A stretch of 48,644 nt of DNA from Vicinamibacterales bacterium (lineage in GTDB: Bacteria; Acidobacteriota; Vicinamibacteria; Vicinamibacterales; CAVVIG01), in contig DATASG010000228.1 of NCBI GenBank assembly GCA_036269295.1, positions 1 through 48,644 of the forward strand. Direction: 5' to 3'. The position numbers were made by a program, and so were the translations under genes. Positions 26,703-36,484 of this stretch are shown here, in pieces. Position 1 is the first letter of the stretch. The number at the start of each line of letters is the position of its first letter. Under the pieces are notes generated by a model. It had not been told where the DNA came from. It ran no database searches and saw nothing but the letters and a program-made list of their open reading frames with translations.

Positions 26703-28034
26703 ATGGCGACTGAGACGGTGACCAGGATGACCGGCGACGAGATGATCGCGCTCTCGAAGAGACACACGCTCTTCGAGTGGTCGGCGCAGTCGAAGGTCGA
26801 TCCGATTCCGGTCACGCGGGCGAAGGGCATCTACTTCTGGACGCCCGAGGGCAAGCGCTTCATCGACTTCAACAGCCAGCTGATGTGCGTCAACATCGGC
26901 CACGGCGACGACCGCGTCATCGAGGCGATCCACGCTCAGGCGTCGGTGCTCGCCTACGCCAACCCCTTCATGGCGACCGAGGTGCGGGCGCGGCTGGGCG
27001 CCAAGCTCGCCCAGATCACGCCGGGCGACATCGATGTCTTTTTCTTCACCAACGGCGGCGCCGAGGCCAACGAAAACGCGATCAAGCTGGCGCGGATGGC
27101 GACCGGACGGCACAAGATCCTCGCGCGCTATCGCTCCTATCACGGCGCCACCGCCGGCAGCATCACCTTGACCGGTGACCCCCGACGCTGGGCTGCCGAG
27201 CCCGGCATCCCCGGCGTCGTCCACGTCCTCGACCCCTACCACGGCATCGCGCGCGGCTGGGACACCGCCGAGGAGTCGCTGGCGATGCTGGAGGAAGTAA
27301 TCCAGCTCGAGGGAGCGCAGACGATCGCCGCCTTCATTCTCGAGACCGTAACCGGCACCAACGGCGTTCTCGTGCCGCCTGACGGCTACATGCAGGGCGT
27401 GCGTGAGCTCTGCACCAGGCACGGCATCCTCATGATCTGCGACGAGGTCATGGCCGGATTCGGCCGCACCGGCGAATGGTTCGCCGTCGATCACTGGAAA
27501 GTCGTCCCCGACATGATCACGATGGCGAAGGGGCTGACCGCCGCCTACGTCCAGCTTGGCGCCGTCGGCATGCGGCGAGGGCTTGCCGACGTGTTCAAGG
27601 ACAAGGTGTTCTACGGCGGGCTGACCTATAACAGCCACCCGCTCGCCTGCGCCGCGGCACTCGCGACCATCAAGGTCTACGAGGACGACAAGCTGCTGGA
27701 GAACGCGAAGAAGATGGGCGCGGTGATGACACGGTTGATGGCGGATCTCGCCAGCAAGCACCCGTCGGTTGGTGCCGCGCGGTCGATCGGCCTGTTCGGC
27801 CTGGTCGAGCTGGTGCGCGACACGGCGAAAAAGGTGCCGATGGCGCCGTTCAACGGCACCTCGGACGAAATGGCCGCGCTCGGGAAGTTCTTCCGCCAGG
27901 AAGGGCTCTACACGTTCGTGCGCTGGAACACGTTCTTCACGAACCCACCCCTGTGCATCACCGACGCCGAGCTGCACGAGGCGTTCGCGATCATCGACCG
28001 TGGGCTCGAGATCACCGACAGGGCAGTGTCTTAG
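26703..28034 (+). CDS. class-III (omega) aminotransferase
   Basis: Motifs TNGGAEANENAIK, ICDEVMAGFGRTG and TMAKGLT (PLP lysine). Confidence 0.85.
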   Translation: MATETVTRMTGDEMIALSKRHTLFEWSAQSKVDPIPVTRAKGIYFWTPEGKRFIDFNSQLMCVNIGHGDDRVIEAIHAQASVLAYANPFMATEVRARLGAKLAQITPGDIDVFFFTNGGAEANENAIKLARMATGRHKILARYRSYHGATAGSITLTGDPRRWAAEPGIPGVVHVLDPYHGIARGWDTAEESLAMLEEVIQLEGAQTIAAFILETVTGTNGVLVPPDGYMQGVRELCTRHGILMICDEVMAGFGRTGEWFAVDHWKVVPDMITMAKGLTAAYVQLGAVGMRRGLADVFKDKVFYGGLTYNSHPLACAAALATIKVYEDDKLLENAKKMGAVMTRLMADLASKHPSVGAARSIGLFGLVELVRDTAKKVPMAPFNGTSDEMAALGKFFRQEGLYTFVRWNTFFTNPPLCITDAELHEAFAIIDRGLEITDRAVS

Positions 28035-28052
28035 ATTTCACCTCGGAAATCT
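28033..28052. terminator. small hairpin AGATTTC-acctcg-GAAATCT between convergent genes
   Basis: 7-bp stem with a 6-nt loop, overlapping the aminotransferase TAG and ending 7 nt before the ALDH stop. Confidence 0.4.
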
Positions 28053-28058
28053 GCAATC

Positions 28059-29486
28059 TCATTTTCCCTGGTAACCGAGCACGGCCTTGGTCTCGAGGAA
28101 CTCCTCGAAGCCGTTGACGCCCCACTCGCGGCCGTTGCCCGACTGCTTGTAGCCGCCGAACGGGGCGTCGAAGGCGCCCGGGGCGCCGTTCAAGTGCACG
28201 TTGCCGGTGCGGAGGCGCGAGGCGACGCGACGCGCGTGCTCGAGATCGCCGGATGAGACGTAGCCGGAGAGGCCGTAGGGAGTGTCGTTCGCGATCGCGA
28301 TCGCATCTTCCTCACTCTCGTACGGCAGGATCGCGAGCACCGGTCCGAAGATTTCCTCCCGCGCGATCGTCATGCTGTTGTTGACGCCCGCGAACACCGT
28401 CGGCTTCACGTAGAAACCGGTCGCGAGGCCGTCGGGCCGGCCGACGCCGCCGGTGACCAGCTGCGCTCCCTCGTCGATCCCCTGCTGAATCAGGCCCTGA
28501 ATCTTGTTGAACTGCACCTCGCTCACCACCGGGCCGAGCTTGACCCCTTCCTGGAAAGGATCGCCCACCACCATGCGCTCCGCGGCGGCCTTGGCGATCG
28601 CGATCGCTTCGGCCTGCCGGCTTGCCGGCACCAGCATCCGCGTCGGCGCGTTGCACGACTGGCCGCTGTTCGTGAAGCAGCTGGTGACGCCGCCCGCCAC
28701 CGCGGTCTGGAAATCGGCGTCGTCCAGGATGATGTTCGCCGATTTACCGCCGAGCTCCTGGGTGACGCGCTTGACCGTTGGCGCGGCGTTGATCGCGACC
28801 TGTACGCCCGCGCGCGTCGAGCCGGTGAACGAAACCATGTCGATGCCGGGGTGCGCGGCGATCGCGGCGCCGACTGTCGGGCCGTCACCGTTCACGAGGT
28901 TGAACACGCCCGGCGGCACGCCGGCCTGGTGCAGGATCTCGGTGAAGAGGATCGCGTTCATCGGCGCGACCTCGGTCGGTTTCAGCACGATCGTGCAGCC
29001 GGCGGCCAGTGCCGGCGCCACCTTGCACGCGATCTGGTTGATCGGCCAGTTCCACGGTGTAATCAAGCCGCAGACGCCGACCGGCTCATGCACGATCATC
29101 GTCCTGCCGCGCGCCTCCTCGAAGGCGTAGGTTTTCAGAACCTCGATGGCCTGCGCGAAGTGACCGAGGCCGGCAGCGGCTTGCGCCGCTTTCGACAGCC
29201 CGAACGGGGCGCCCATCTCGGTCGAGATTGTCTTCGCTAACTCCTGGTGCCTGGTCTTGTAGACGCGAACGACGTTCTCGAGCAGCGCGATGCGCTCGGC
29301 AGGCGTGGTGCGCGAGAAGCTGTCGAACGCCTTGCGCGCCGCCTTGACCGCGCGGTCGACGTCCTCGGCGCTGCCCATCGAGATCTTCCCGATCGACTGC
29401 TCGGTCGCCGGGTTGATCACGTCGCGCGTGGCGGGCTTCGCGGGCGGAACCCACGCGCCGTCGATGTAGAAATTCAGATGATCCAT
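28059..29486 (-). CDS. NAD(P)-dependent aldehyde dehydrogenase
   Basis: Motifs ITPWNWP, FTGSTRAG, ELGGKSANII and NSGQSCNAPTR (catalytic Cys). Confidence 0.9.
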   Translation of the reverse strand: MDHLNFYIDGAWVPPAKPATRDVINPATEQSIGKISMGSAEDVDRAVKAARKAFDSFSRTTPAERIALLENVVRVYKTRHQELAKTISTEMGAPFGLSKAAQAAAGLGHFAQAIEVLKTYAFEEARGRTMIVHEPVGVCGLITPWNWPINQIACKVAPALAAGCTIVLKPTEVAPMNAILFTEILHQAGVPPGVFNLVNGDGPTVGAAIAAHPGIDMVSFTGSTRAGVQVAINAAPTVKRVTQELGGKSANIILDDADFQTAVAGGVTSCFTNSGQSCNAPTRMLVPASRQAEAIAIAKAAAERMVVGDPFQEGVKLGPVVSEVQFNKIQGLIQQGIDEGAQLVTGGVGRPDGLATGFYVKPTVFAGVNNSMTIAREEIFGPVLAILPYESEEDAIAIANDTPYGLSGYVSSGDLEHARRVASRLRTGNVHLNGAPGAFDAPFGGYKQSGNGREWGVNGFEEFLETKAVLGYQGK

Positions 29487-29495
29487 AACAGACGG

Positions 29496-29504
29496 ATCGT
29501 AGCA
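29496..29504 (-). promoter_or_regulatory. extended -10-like box TGCTACGAT, 9 nt upstream of the ALDH ATG
   Basis: Reverse complement of atcgtagca. It resembles the boxes at 1761 and 44990. Confidence 0.35.
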
Positions 29505-29559
29505 CGCAGCGCCCGGGACGGCTGGTGAGCCGGTTTGTCGATGCTTTGCGCACTAATCC

Positions 29560-31038
29560 ATGCTGCGCCGCGGCTGGTCGCGGCCGCGGCGCGCGGACTC
29601 GAGTGAGCCATCCGCCGGAGCGAGGCAAGGTATCATCCTCCCGGCCTTGACCGTTCTGGTTTCGCTCCTGGCTCTGGGATTCCTGATGCTGGTCGCGTAT
29701 CGCGGCTACAGCGTCATTCTCTTCGCGCCGGTCGCCGCGCTCGGCGCGGTGCTGTTGACGATGCCGGGCGCGGTGTTGCCCGCCTACAGCGCCCTGTTCA
29801 TGGAGAACATGGCGACGTTCGTCCGCAACTATTTTCCCGTCTTCATGCTCGGCGCGTTGTTCGGCAAGATGATCGAGATCTCGGGCTTCGCCAAGGCGCT
29901 CGCCGCGGGCATCACCCGCGTCGCCGGCCCTCAACGTGCGATGCTCGGGATCGTGATCATCTGCGCGCTGATGGTCTACGGCGGCGTCTCGGTGTTCGTG
30001 GTCGGCTTCGCCGTCTATCCGTTTGCGGCCGAACTGTTCCGCGAAGCGGGGATTCCCAAGCGCTTGATCCCGGCGACGATGTCGCTGGGGAGCTTTACCT
30101 TCGCCATGGATGCGCTGCCCGGCAGCCCGCAGATCCAGAACATCATTCCGACGACCTTCTTCGGCACCACCACCATGGCGGCGCCGATCCTCGGGCCGAT
30201 CGGCGGGGTCTTCATCTTTGGCGTCGGCATCGCCTACCTCGAGTGGCGGCGGCGAACGGCGTCGCTCGCGGGAGAAACCTACGGCACCGGCCATCTCAAC
30301 GAGCCGGATCACGTCGACCCCCATGCGCTGGCGTCGCCGGTCCTGGCGTTCACGCCCCTGGCGGTCGTCGCCGCGGCAAACATCGCGTTCACGGAGATGA
30401 TCCCGAGATGGTACGGCGGGACCACAACGCTGGCGCTGACGCGGGCGGCCAAGCCGATCGCGATCGAGGTGTCGAGGCAAGTGGGCGTGTGGGCGGTCGA
30501 GGTGGCACTGGTGCTCGGCATCATGACGGTCGCGGCCTTCGCCTGGCGCCGGATGATTCCGACCTTCGTCAAGAGCAGCCACGCTGCGCTCGCCGGCTGT
30601 CTGCTCGCCTCGATGAACACAGCGTCCGAGTTCGGTTTCGGCGCCGTGATGGCGGCCTTGCCTGGTTTCGCGGCGATCCAGGCTGCGCTCTCGGCGATCC
30701 CGAACCCGTTGGTCAACGAGGCAATCACGGTGACGACGCTCGCCGGCGTCACCGGATCGGCGTCGGGTGGGCTGAGCCTGGCGTTGGCGGCGATGGCCGA
30801 GCAGTTCAAGACCGCGGCGCTGGCCGCGCACATTCCGTTCGAGGTGCTGCACCGGGTGTCGGCGATGGCGGCCGGCGGGATGGACACCCTGCCGCACAAT
30901 GGCGCGATCATCACGCTGCTGGCGATCACCGGGCTGACCCACCGCCAGTCGTACGCCGACATTTTCGTGATTACCTGCATCAAAACGACTGCGGTTTTCG
31001 TGGTGATCGCGGTGTATTACCTCACGGGGATCGTTTAA
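29560..31038 (+). CDS. GntP-family (ion transporter superfamily) permease
   Basis: Polytopic membrane protein; the LVAYRGYSVILFAP N-terminal helix and overall pattern resemble GntP/citrate-type permeases. The Arg-rich first 29 aa are doubtful; an alternative TTG start is at 29647. Confidence 0.7.
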   Translation: MLRRGWSRPRRADSSEPSAGARQGIILPALTVLVSLLALGFLMLVAYRGYSVILFAPVAALGAVLLTMPGAVLPAYSALFMENMATFVRNYFPVFMLGALFGKMIEISGFAKALAAGITRVAGPQRAMLGIVIICALMVYGGVSVFVVGFAVYPFAAELFREAGIPKRLIPATMSLGSFTFAMDALPGSPQIQNIIPTTFFGTTTMAAPILGPIGGVFIFGVGIAYLEWRRRTASLAGETYGTGHLNEPDHVDPHALASPVLAFTPLAVVAAANIAFTEMIPRWYGGTTTLALTRAAKPIAIEVSRQVGVWAVEVALVLGIMTVAAFAWRRMIPTFVKSSHAALAGCLLASMNTASEFGFGAVMAALPGFAAIQAALSAIPNPLVNEAITVTTLAGVTGSASGGLSLALAAMAEQFKTAALAAHIPFEVLHRVSAMAAGGMDTLPHNGAIITLLAITGLTHRQSYADIFVITCIKTTAVFVVIAVYYLTGIV

Positions 31039-31058
31039 AGTTCTAAGTTCTAAGTTTC
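31038..31058. repeat. tandem heptamer AAGTTCT x2 plus AAGTTTC, immediately after the GntP-family stop
   Basis: Read directly from the sequence. Followed by the SD GGAGG of ggt. Confidence 0.9.
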
Positions 31059-31080
31059 CAAGGCTCTCTCTGGAGGCCGT

Positions 31081-32871
31081 ATGAATCGAAGGCAGGTGCT
31101 CATCGTCGTCGCGGTCGTTCTGGCATCGCTCGCCCGGCCCCAGGCGCAGGACAATCCTCAGGCGACGAGCGGCAGCTGGCGCCCGACGATCGTCGCCCAG
31201 CACGGGATGGTCGCGGCGGGCCATCCGCTCGCCGCCGAAGCCGGCATGCGGATCCTGAAGGCCGGCGGCAACGCGATCGACGCGGCGATCGCGACCTGGG
31301 CGGTGCAGGGCGAAGTCGAACCCGGCATGACCGGGCTCGGCGCCGACATGTTCGTCCTCTACTACAACGCGAAAACGCGCGAGGTGAAATTCATCAACGG
31401 CACCGGCTTTGCCGCGCAGGCCGCGACCATCGACTTCTACAAGTCCAAGGGCGGTATTCCCGACGAGGGCCCGTTGTCGATCGCCGTGCCTGGCGCCGTA
31501 GGCGGCGCCGCCTATGCGGTCAAGACCTACGGCACCAAGGCGCTCGCCGACGTCCTTGCGCCGGCGATTGAAATCGCCGACGGCGGCTTCCCGGTTTCTG
31601 AAGCGCTGGCCGACGGCATCAAGAGCGCCAGCGCCAAAATCGGGAAATTCCCTTCGACCACGAAGATCTATTTCAAGGACGGGAAGCCGCTCGTCATCGG
31701 CGACATCGTCCGCAATCCTGACCTCGGGCGGACGCTGCGCGCGATTGCAGCGCAGGGACCGGACGCCTTCTATCGCGGCGAGGTGGCGAAAAACACCGCC
31801 GCCTTCCTGAAGGCGAACGGCGGGATTATCAGCGAGGCGGACCTGGCGAGCTACCAGCCGTTCGAGGATGCGCCGCTGCACATCAATTACCGCGGCACCG
31901 AGGTCTACGAGTGCCCGCCGAACTCGCAAGGATTCGTGATGCTCGAGGCGCTCAACATCCTCGAGGGCTTCGAGCTGAAGAAGATGGGGCGCAACAGCGC
32001 GCCGTATCTGCATGCGATCACCGAATCGCTGAAGCTCTCCTTCGCCGATCGCAACGCCTACGTCGGCGATCCGAAGTTCGTGCCGAACATCCCGATGCAG
32101 GCGCTGCTCTCGAAGGAGTACGCGGCGATCAGGCGTTCGCAGATCGATCCGAGCCGGGCGATCGCCGGCGAGCCGGCGCCAGGCGACCCGCGCCGCATGA
32201 AGGCCACCACCGCCGGCCAGGCGCAGGCCTACGCGGCGCCGCAGCCGCTGCCGGCCGAGGTGAAGCCGTTCGATCCCAACGAGATCCTCAATCTCACGAC
32301 TTATCTCGCCGTCGTCGACCGGGACCACAACATGGTCTCGATCACGTCGAGCTTGCTGAGCGGCTTCGGTAGCGGCATGGTCGTTGACAAAGGCGGGTTC
32401 GTGATGAACGACCGCATGCGCTATTTCTATCTCGACCCCAAGGACGTCAACGCGCTGCAGCCGGGCAAGCGCACCCGCCAGACGATCAATCCGGCGATGG
32501 CGCTCAAGGACGGGAAACCGTGGGTCACCTTCGGCACTCCCGGATCCGACACCCAGCCGCAGACCCAGCTGCAGTTCTTTCTCAACGTCGCCGAGTTCGG
32601 GATGAACGTGCAGGAGGCGCTCGAGCAGCCGACCGTCATCAGCAACAGCTTCCGTGACTCATATCAGCCGCACGAGGTGAAAGGAAAGCTGCTGACGCCG
32701 GCGCTGCTGCCCAGGAGCGTGCAGGAGGCGCTCGCGGCCAAAGGACATCAGCTCGACATCCGCAACGTCAAGGGCGTCGGATCGGTGAAGGCGATCCTGA
32801 TCGATCCACGGACCGGAGTGTTGATGGGGGGCGTCAGCCCCACGGGTGACAGCTACGTCATGGCGTGGTGA
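31081..32871 (+). CDS. ggt: gamma-glutamyltransferase
   Basis: Signal peptide and SD GGAGG at 31072..31076. Ntn-hydrolase cleavage-site context ILNLTTYLAVVD and a GGVSPTGDSY C-terminus. Confidence 0.9.
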   Translation: MNRRQVLIVVAVVLASLARPQAQDNPQATSGSWRPTIVAQHGMVAAGHPLAAEAGMRILKAGGNAIDAAIATWAVQGEVEPGMTGLGADMFVLYYNAKTREVKFINGTGFAAQAATIDFYKSKGGIPDEGPLSIAVPGAVGGAAYAVKTYGTKALADVLAPAIEIADGGFPVSEALADGIKSASAKIGKFPSTTKIYFKDGKPLVIGDIVRNPDLGRTLRAIAAQGPDAFYRGEVAKNTAAFLKANGGIISEADLASYQPFEDAPLHINYRGTEVYECPPNSQGFVMLEALNILEGFELKKMGRNSAPYLHAITESLKLSFADRNAYVGDPKFVPNIPMQALLSKEYAAIRRSQIDPSRAIAGEPAPGDPRRMKATTAGQAQAYAAPQPLPAEVKPFDPNEILNLTTYLAVVDRDHNMVSITSSLLSGFGSGMVVDKGGFVMNDRMRYFYLDPKDVNALQPGKRTRQTINPAMALKDGKPWVTFGTPGSDTQPQTQLQFFLNVAEFGMNVQEALEQPTVISNSFRDSYQPHEVKGKLLTPALLPRSVQEALAAKGHQLDIRNVKGVGSVKAILIDPRTGVLMGGVSPTGDSYVMAW

Positions 32872-32879
32872 ATCGCGGC

Positions 32880-32908
32880 GGTCGTGGGTCGTTGGGTCGT
32901 TGGTCGTC
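32880..32908. repeat. tandem 7-8-mer GGTCGT(N) x4
   Basis: Units GGTCGTG, GGTCGTTG, GGTCGTT and GGTCGTC in the ggt / M28-like spacer. Confidence 0.9.
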
Positions 32909-32935
32909 AGTTCCTCAACGTTCCAGAGGGTTGAT

Positions 32936-34528
32936 ATGCGCAAGCTGCTGACGCTTTGTGGTCTGGTTGCCGCTGCGATCGCCATGCCGAAGGCCGCTGA
33001 CAGTCCCGCGTGGTTCGGCACACCTGGGCCGGCGCCGCTCAGCGATCCACGCCAGCCGGTGATGAAGTACGACGATGTGTTCGCGCCGCTGCCGGCGCGT
33101 CTCGCGCACCGGCCGGGTAAGGCCGATGAGCTGCTCGACGCAGCAGCGCTGAAGGCGATTCAGAAGAAGATCGTGGGCTTCTCGCTCGAGAGCCTCGGCG
33201 CCGGCGACAGGGTGTGGGGACGCCGGGCCGCGACGCCGGCCTACATGCACACGATCGAGTGGGCGGTCGGCGAGCTCAAGGCGGCCGGCCTGAGCGACGC
33301 CAGAGTCGAGACCTACGCCGTTCCCGGCTCGATGTGGGTCCCGCAGACCTGGCAGCTGCAGGTGATCGGCGATCCCGCATTCGGCGCCGGCACCGAGACG
33401 GTCACGCTGCGGTCGGCGTTTCCGCAGCCGGGTGGCGCGTCGATCCCCGGCGGCACACTGACGGCGCCGGTGATCTACGTCGGCCACGGTACCGACGCGG
33501 ACCTGGCCGGGCGCGCCGTCGCCGGCAAGATCGCCGTGGTCCGCGTGCGCCCGGAGCCGTCGCTATTCGGCGCCGGCGAGCAGGGCGTCGCGCTGAAGCT
33601 CGCGAAGCTCGGCGCCGCCGGCGTGATCAACGCCATCGAGGGCCCGGGCAACGCCCAGTACATCGACCCGCGGTTCGCGTGCGGCGCCGCGCCGTGCTTC
33701 ATGATCGGCGGACAGGACGCGTGGTTCCTGCAGGAAGTGATCGGCAAGGCGGCGAAAGCGAACCTGCTCGATCGGCTGAAGATCGGCATGTCGCTGACCT
33801 CGCGCGAACAGGACGGCCTGACCTCCGGCAACGGCGTCGCTACCCTCCCGGGTCAGTCGGACAAGCGGATTATCATCAACGCCCACGCCGACGGCTACTT
33901 TCAGGGCGGCGACGACAACGCCAGCGGCCTAGCGGTGCTGCTGGGTCTCGCGAGGTATTTCGCGAAGCAGCCAAAGCCGAAGCACACGCTGATGTTCGTC
34001 GCCAGCGGCGGACACCACGGCCCCGGCAACGGCCCGGCCTCGCTCGTCCTGGCGCATCCCGAGCTCAAGGGAGGCACGCTGATGATCCTCAACCTCGAGC
34101 ACGTGGCCTACGCCGACGTCGTCCGCGGCAAAGTGCGCGCGACCGACAACATCGGCATGAGCTGGGAGACCAGCGTGAGCGAGAGCGCCAAGGCGGTCGG
34201 CGTCACGAACGAGTCGCCGTTCCTGTTCGACCTTTGGAAGCAGGCGTCGCGGTGCTACGGCGTCGTCACCTACCAGTCGGCAGGAACGACGGTGTCGGGC
34301 GACCTCGGCGGCTACCGGCCGCTGAACGTGCCGATGACACAGATGATCCAGTCCGGCACCTTCTATCACTCGTCGGGTGACGTGTATGAAGAGGTGCCGG
34401 CCGAGGGCCTCGAGCGCGCGGCGCGCTTCCACGCCTTCTTCATCGAACAGGCCGATCAGGCGCCCGAGCACCTGATTACGTCAGGCAGGGGCACGCCGTA
34501 TCAAGCGATGGCGCATCCATGCCAATGA
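32936..34528 (+). CDS. M28-like PA-domain protein with non-canonical metal/catalytic residues
   Basis: Signal peptide MRKLLTLCGLVAAAIAMPKA. NAHADGY and GGDDNASG are present, but SGGHHGPG replaces the EE motif and NLEH replaces N.D. Confidence 0.7.
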   Translation: MRKLLTLCGLVAAAIAMPKAADSPAWFGTPGPAPLSDPRQPVMKYDDVFAPLPARLAHRPGKADELLDAAALKAIQKKIVGFSLESLGAGDRVWGRRAATPAYMHTIEWAVGELKAAGLSDARVETYAVPGSMWVPQTWQLQVIGDPAFGAGTETVTLRSAFPQPGGASIPGGTLTAPVIYVGHGTDADLAGRAVAGKIAVVRVRPEPSLFGAGEQGVALKLAKLGAAGVINAIEGPGNAQYIDPRFACGAAPCFMIGGQDAWFLQEVIGKAAKANLLDRLKIGMSLTSREQDGLTSGNGVATLPGQSDKRIIINAHADGYFQGGDDNASGLAVLLGLARYFAKQPKPKHTLMFVASGGHHGPGNGPASLVLAHPELKGGTLMILNLEHVAYADVVRGKVRATDNIGMSWETSVSESAKAVGVTNESPFLFDLWKQASRCYGVVTYQSAGTTVSGDLGGYRPLNVPMTQMIQSGTFYHSSGDVYEEVPAEGLERAARFHAFFIEQADQAPEHLITSGRGTPYQAMAHPCQ

Positions 34529-36432
34529 GCTCGTACTTCAAACTTCGTAGTTCCTGCTTCGAACGTCGGACCTCGCACGTTCTGCTCCCGCTGTTGTGGC
34601 TTCTTCTCGCGCTGTTGGTCGCTCACAGCTCAGCGCAGAGCCCCGCGTTCAAGTATCAGAAGGTCATGATCCCGGTTCGCGACGGCGTCAAGCTCGAGAC
34701 GGTGATCATGACGCCGGCCAACGCCACCGGGCCGCTGCCGATCCTGTTCCGGCGGACGCCCTACGGCGTGCCGGCGAATGCGAACGGCATCGCCGACGGT
34801 TCGCTGAAGGCGCTGGCGCGCGACGGCTACATCTTCGTGGTCCAGAACCTGCGCGGCCGATTTGGATCCGAGGGCACCTTCGAGCTGTCGTCGAAGGCGG
34901 AGCTCGAGAATCCGAAGGCGACCAGCGAGACCACCGATGCCTACGATTCGATTGACTGGCTGGTGAAGCACGTCGCCAACAACAATGGCAAGGTCGGCAT
35001 GTTCGGCGTCTCCTACGACGGCTTGACGTCGGCGATGACGCTGCTGCGCCCGCACCCGGCGCTGAAGGCGATCTCGGAGCAGGCCTCGCCCGCGGACCAG
35101 TGGATGAACGACGACGACCACCGCTACGGCGCCCTGCGCGAGAGCTACGCCTTCGAATACGCCGTCTACGAGCAGGCGGACAAGAACGCCAACACCCATT
35201 TCAATTTCGAAACCTACGACACTTATTCCTGGTATCTCGCGCTGGGACCGCTCTCGAACATCAACGCCAGATACCTGCACGGCACGATTCCCTACTGGAA
35301 TTCGATCGTCGAGCATCCGGACTACGACGCGTTTTGGAAGGGCGAAGCGTGGGTCACGCAGGTGAAGGGCGCCTTCGTGCCGAACCTCAACGTTGCCGGT
35401 TTCTGGGATCAGGAGGATCCGTGGGGCCCGTGGGAGATTTTCCGCCGCTCGGAGCTCAGCGATCCCAACCGCTACAACTTTATCGTCGCCGGTCCCTGGT
35501 TCCACGGACAGTGGCACAATGCCAGCGCCGAGTCGATTGGCCAGGTGTCGTTCGGCGGCCACGATACCGCGGTGGAGTTCCGCGAGCGGATCGAGGCGCC
35601 GTGGTTCCGCTACTGGCTGCACGACACGGGCGACAAGTTTCCGTGGAAGGCATCAACGTTCCAGACCGGCTCGAACAGCTGGCAGACCTACGCCACATGG
35701 CCGCCGAAGGCGACGGCGACCAACCTGTACCTGCGCGGCAACGGCACGCTGTCGTTCGAGGCCCCGCCGCTCGCCGACAGCTACGTGCAGTACATCTCGG
35801 ATCCCGCCAACCCGGTGCCGTACCGCGCCCGTCCGATCTCGCCGACTTATCCGGCCGGTGACTGGCGCCGGTGGGAAGTCGCGGACCAGCGCTTCGTCGA
35901 GAATCGTCCCGACGTCGCGACCTGGGTCAGCGCGCCGCTCGATCGCGATCTGGTCGTGACCGGCGAGCTCTCGGCCGACCTTTTTGCCTCCACCACAGGC
36001 ACCGACAGCGATTTCGTCGTCAAGCTGATCGACGTCTATCCGGAGAACGCACAGCCCAACGCCTGGAACGCGGAGGCTGGACCGCAGCCGGGGCAGTTTG
36101 CGCAGTCGCTGAACGGCTACCAGCTGCCGATTGCGATGGAAGTGCGCCGCGGTCGCTACAACACGAGCCTCGAGCACCCGCAGCCGCTGGCGGCCAATCA
36201 GCCGGCGAAGTTCGTGATTCCGCTGCGCAGCCACGACCACGTGTTCCTGAAGGGACACCGCTTGATGGTGCAGGTGCAGTCGACCTGGTTTCCGCTCATC
36301 GATCGCAACCCGCAGACCTTTGTCCCCAGCATCTACGCCGCCAAGGCTGAGGATTTCGTCGCCGCGACCCAGCGGATTTACACCTCGCGCGAGAGACCCT
36401 CGCACGTGGTGCTCCCTGTCGTGCGGAACTGA
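34519..36432 (+). CDS. CocE/NonD family hydrolase (S15 X-Pro dipeptidyl-peptidase-like)
   Basis: Signal peptide, GVSYDG nucleophile motif and a C-terminal jelly-roll-like domain (HRLMVQVQSTWFP). The start overlaps the upstream stop; an alternative ATG at 34525 gives an ATGA overlap. Confidence 0.8.
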   Translation: MPMSSYFKLRSSCFERRTSHVLLPLLWLLLALLVAHSSAQSPAFKYQKVMIPVRDGVKLETVIMTPANATGPLPILFRRTPYGVPANANGIADGSLKALARDGYIFVVQNLRGRFGSEGTFELSSKAELENPKATSETTDAYDSIDWLVKHVANNNGKVGMFGVSYDGLTSAMTLLRPHPALKAISEQASPADQWMNDDDHRYGALRESYAFEYAVYEQADKNANTHFNFETYDTYSWYLALGPLSNINARYLHGTIPYWNSIVEHPDYDAFWKGEAWVTQVKGAFVPNLNVAGFWDQEDPWGPWEIFRRSELSDPNRYNFIVAGPWFHGQWHNASAESIGQVSFGGHDTAVEFRERIEAPWFRYWLHDTGDKFPWKASTFQTGSNSWQTYATWPPKATATNLYLRGNGTLSFEAPPLADSYVQYISDPANPVPYRARPISPTYPAGDWRRWEVADQRFVENRPDVATWVSAPLDRDLVVTGELSADLFASTTGTDSDFVVKLIDVYPENAQPNAWNAEAGPQPGQFAQSLNGYQLPIAMEVRRGRYNTSLEHPQPLAANQPAKFVIPLRSHDHVFLKGHRLMVQVQSTWFPLIDRNPQTFVPSIYAAKAEDFVAATQRIYTSRERPSHVVLPVVRN

Positions 36433-36445
36433 GAATGTGGAAGTA

Positions 36446-36478
36446 GGAATTTGGAATCGTGCTCGAATTCTGAATTCC
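36446..36478. terminator. AT-rich hairpin, candidate bidirectional terminator between convergent genes
   Basis: GGAATTTGGAATCG-tgct-CGAATTCTGAATTCC gives about 14 pairs including 2 G-U and one bulge. It is nested in the larger imperfect palindrome 36441..36490. Confidence 0.45.
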
Positions 36479-36484
36479 AGATTC

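Noticed and set aside
25023-27977. 984-aa minus-strand ORF spanning two plus-strand genes and their spacer. Similar long antisense ORFs occur at 29086..32328, 44519..47092, 341-side 896..1717 and 12214..13353.
   Set aside because: They are antisense to genes with clear family motifs, show Arg/His/Asp/Gly-rich nonsense composition, and cross intergenic spacers. This is the expected stop-codon paucity of GC-rich DNA.
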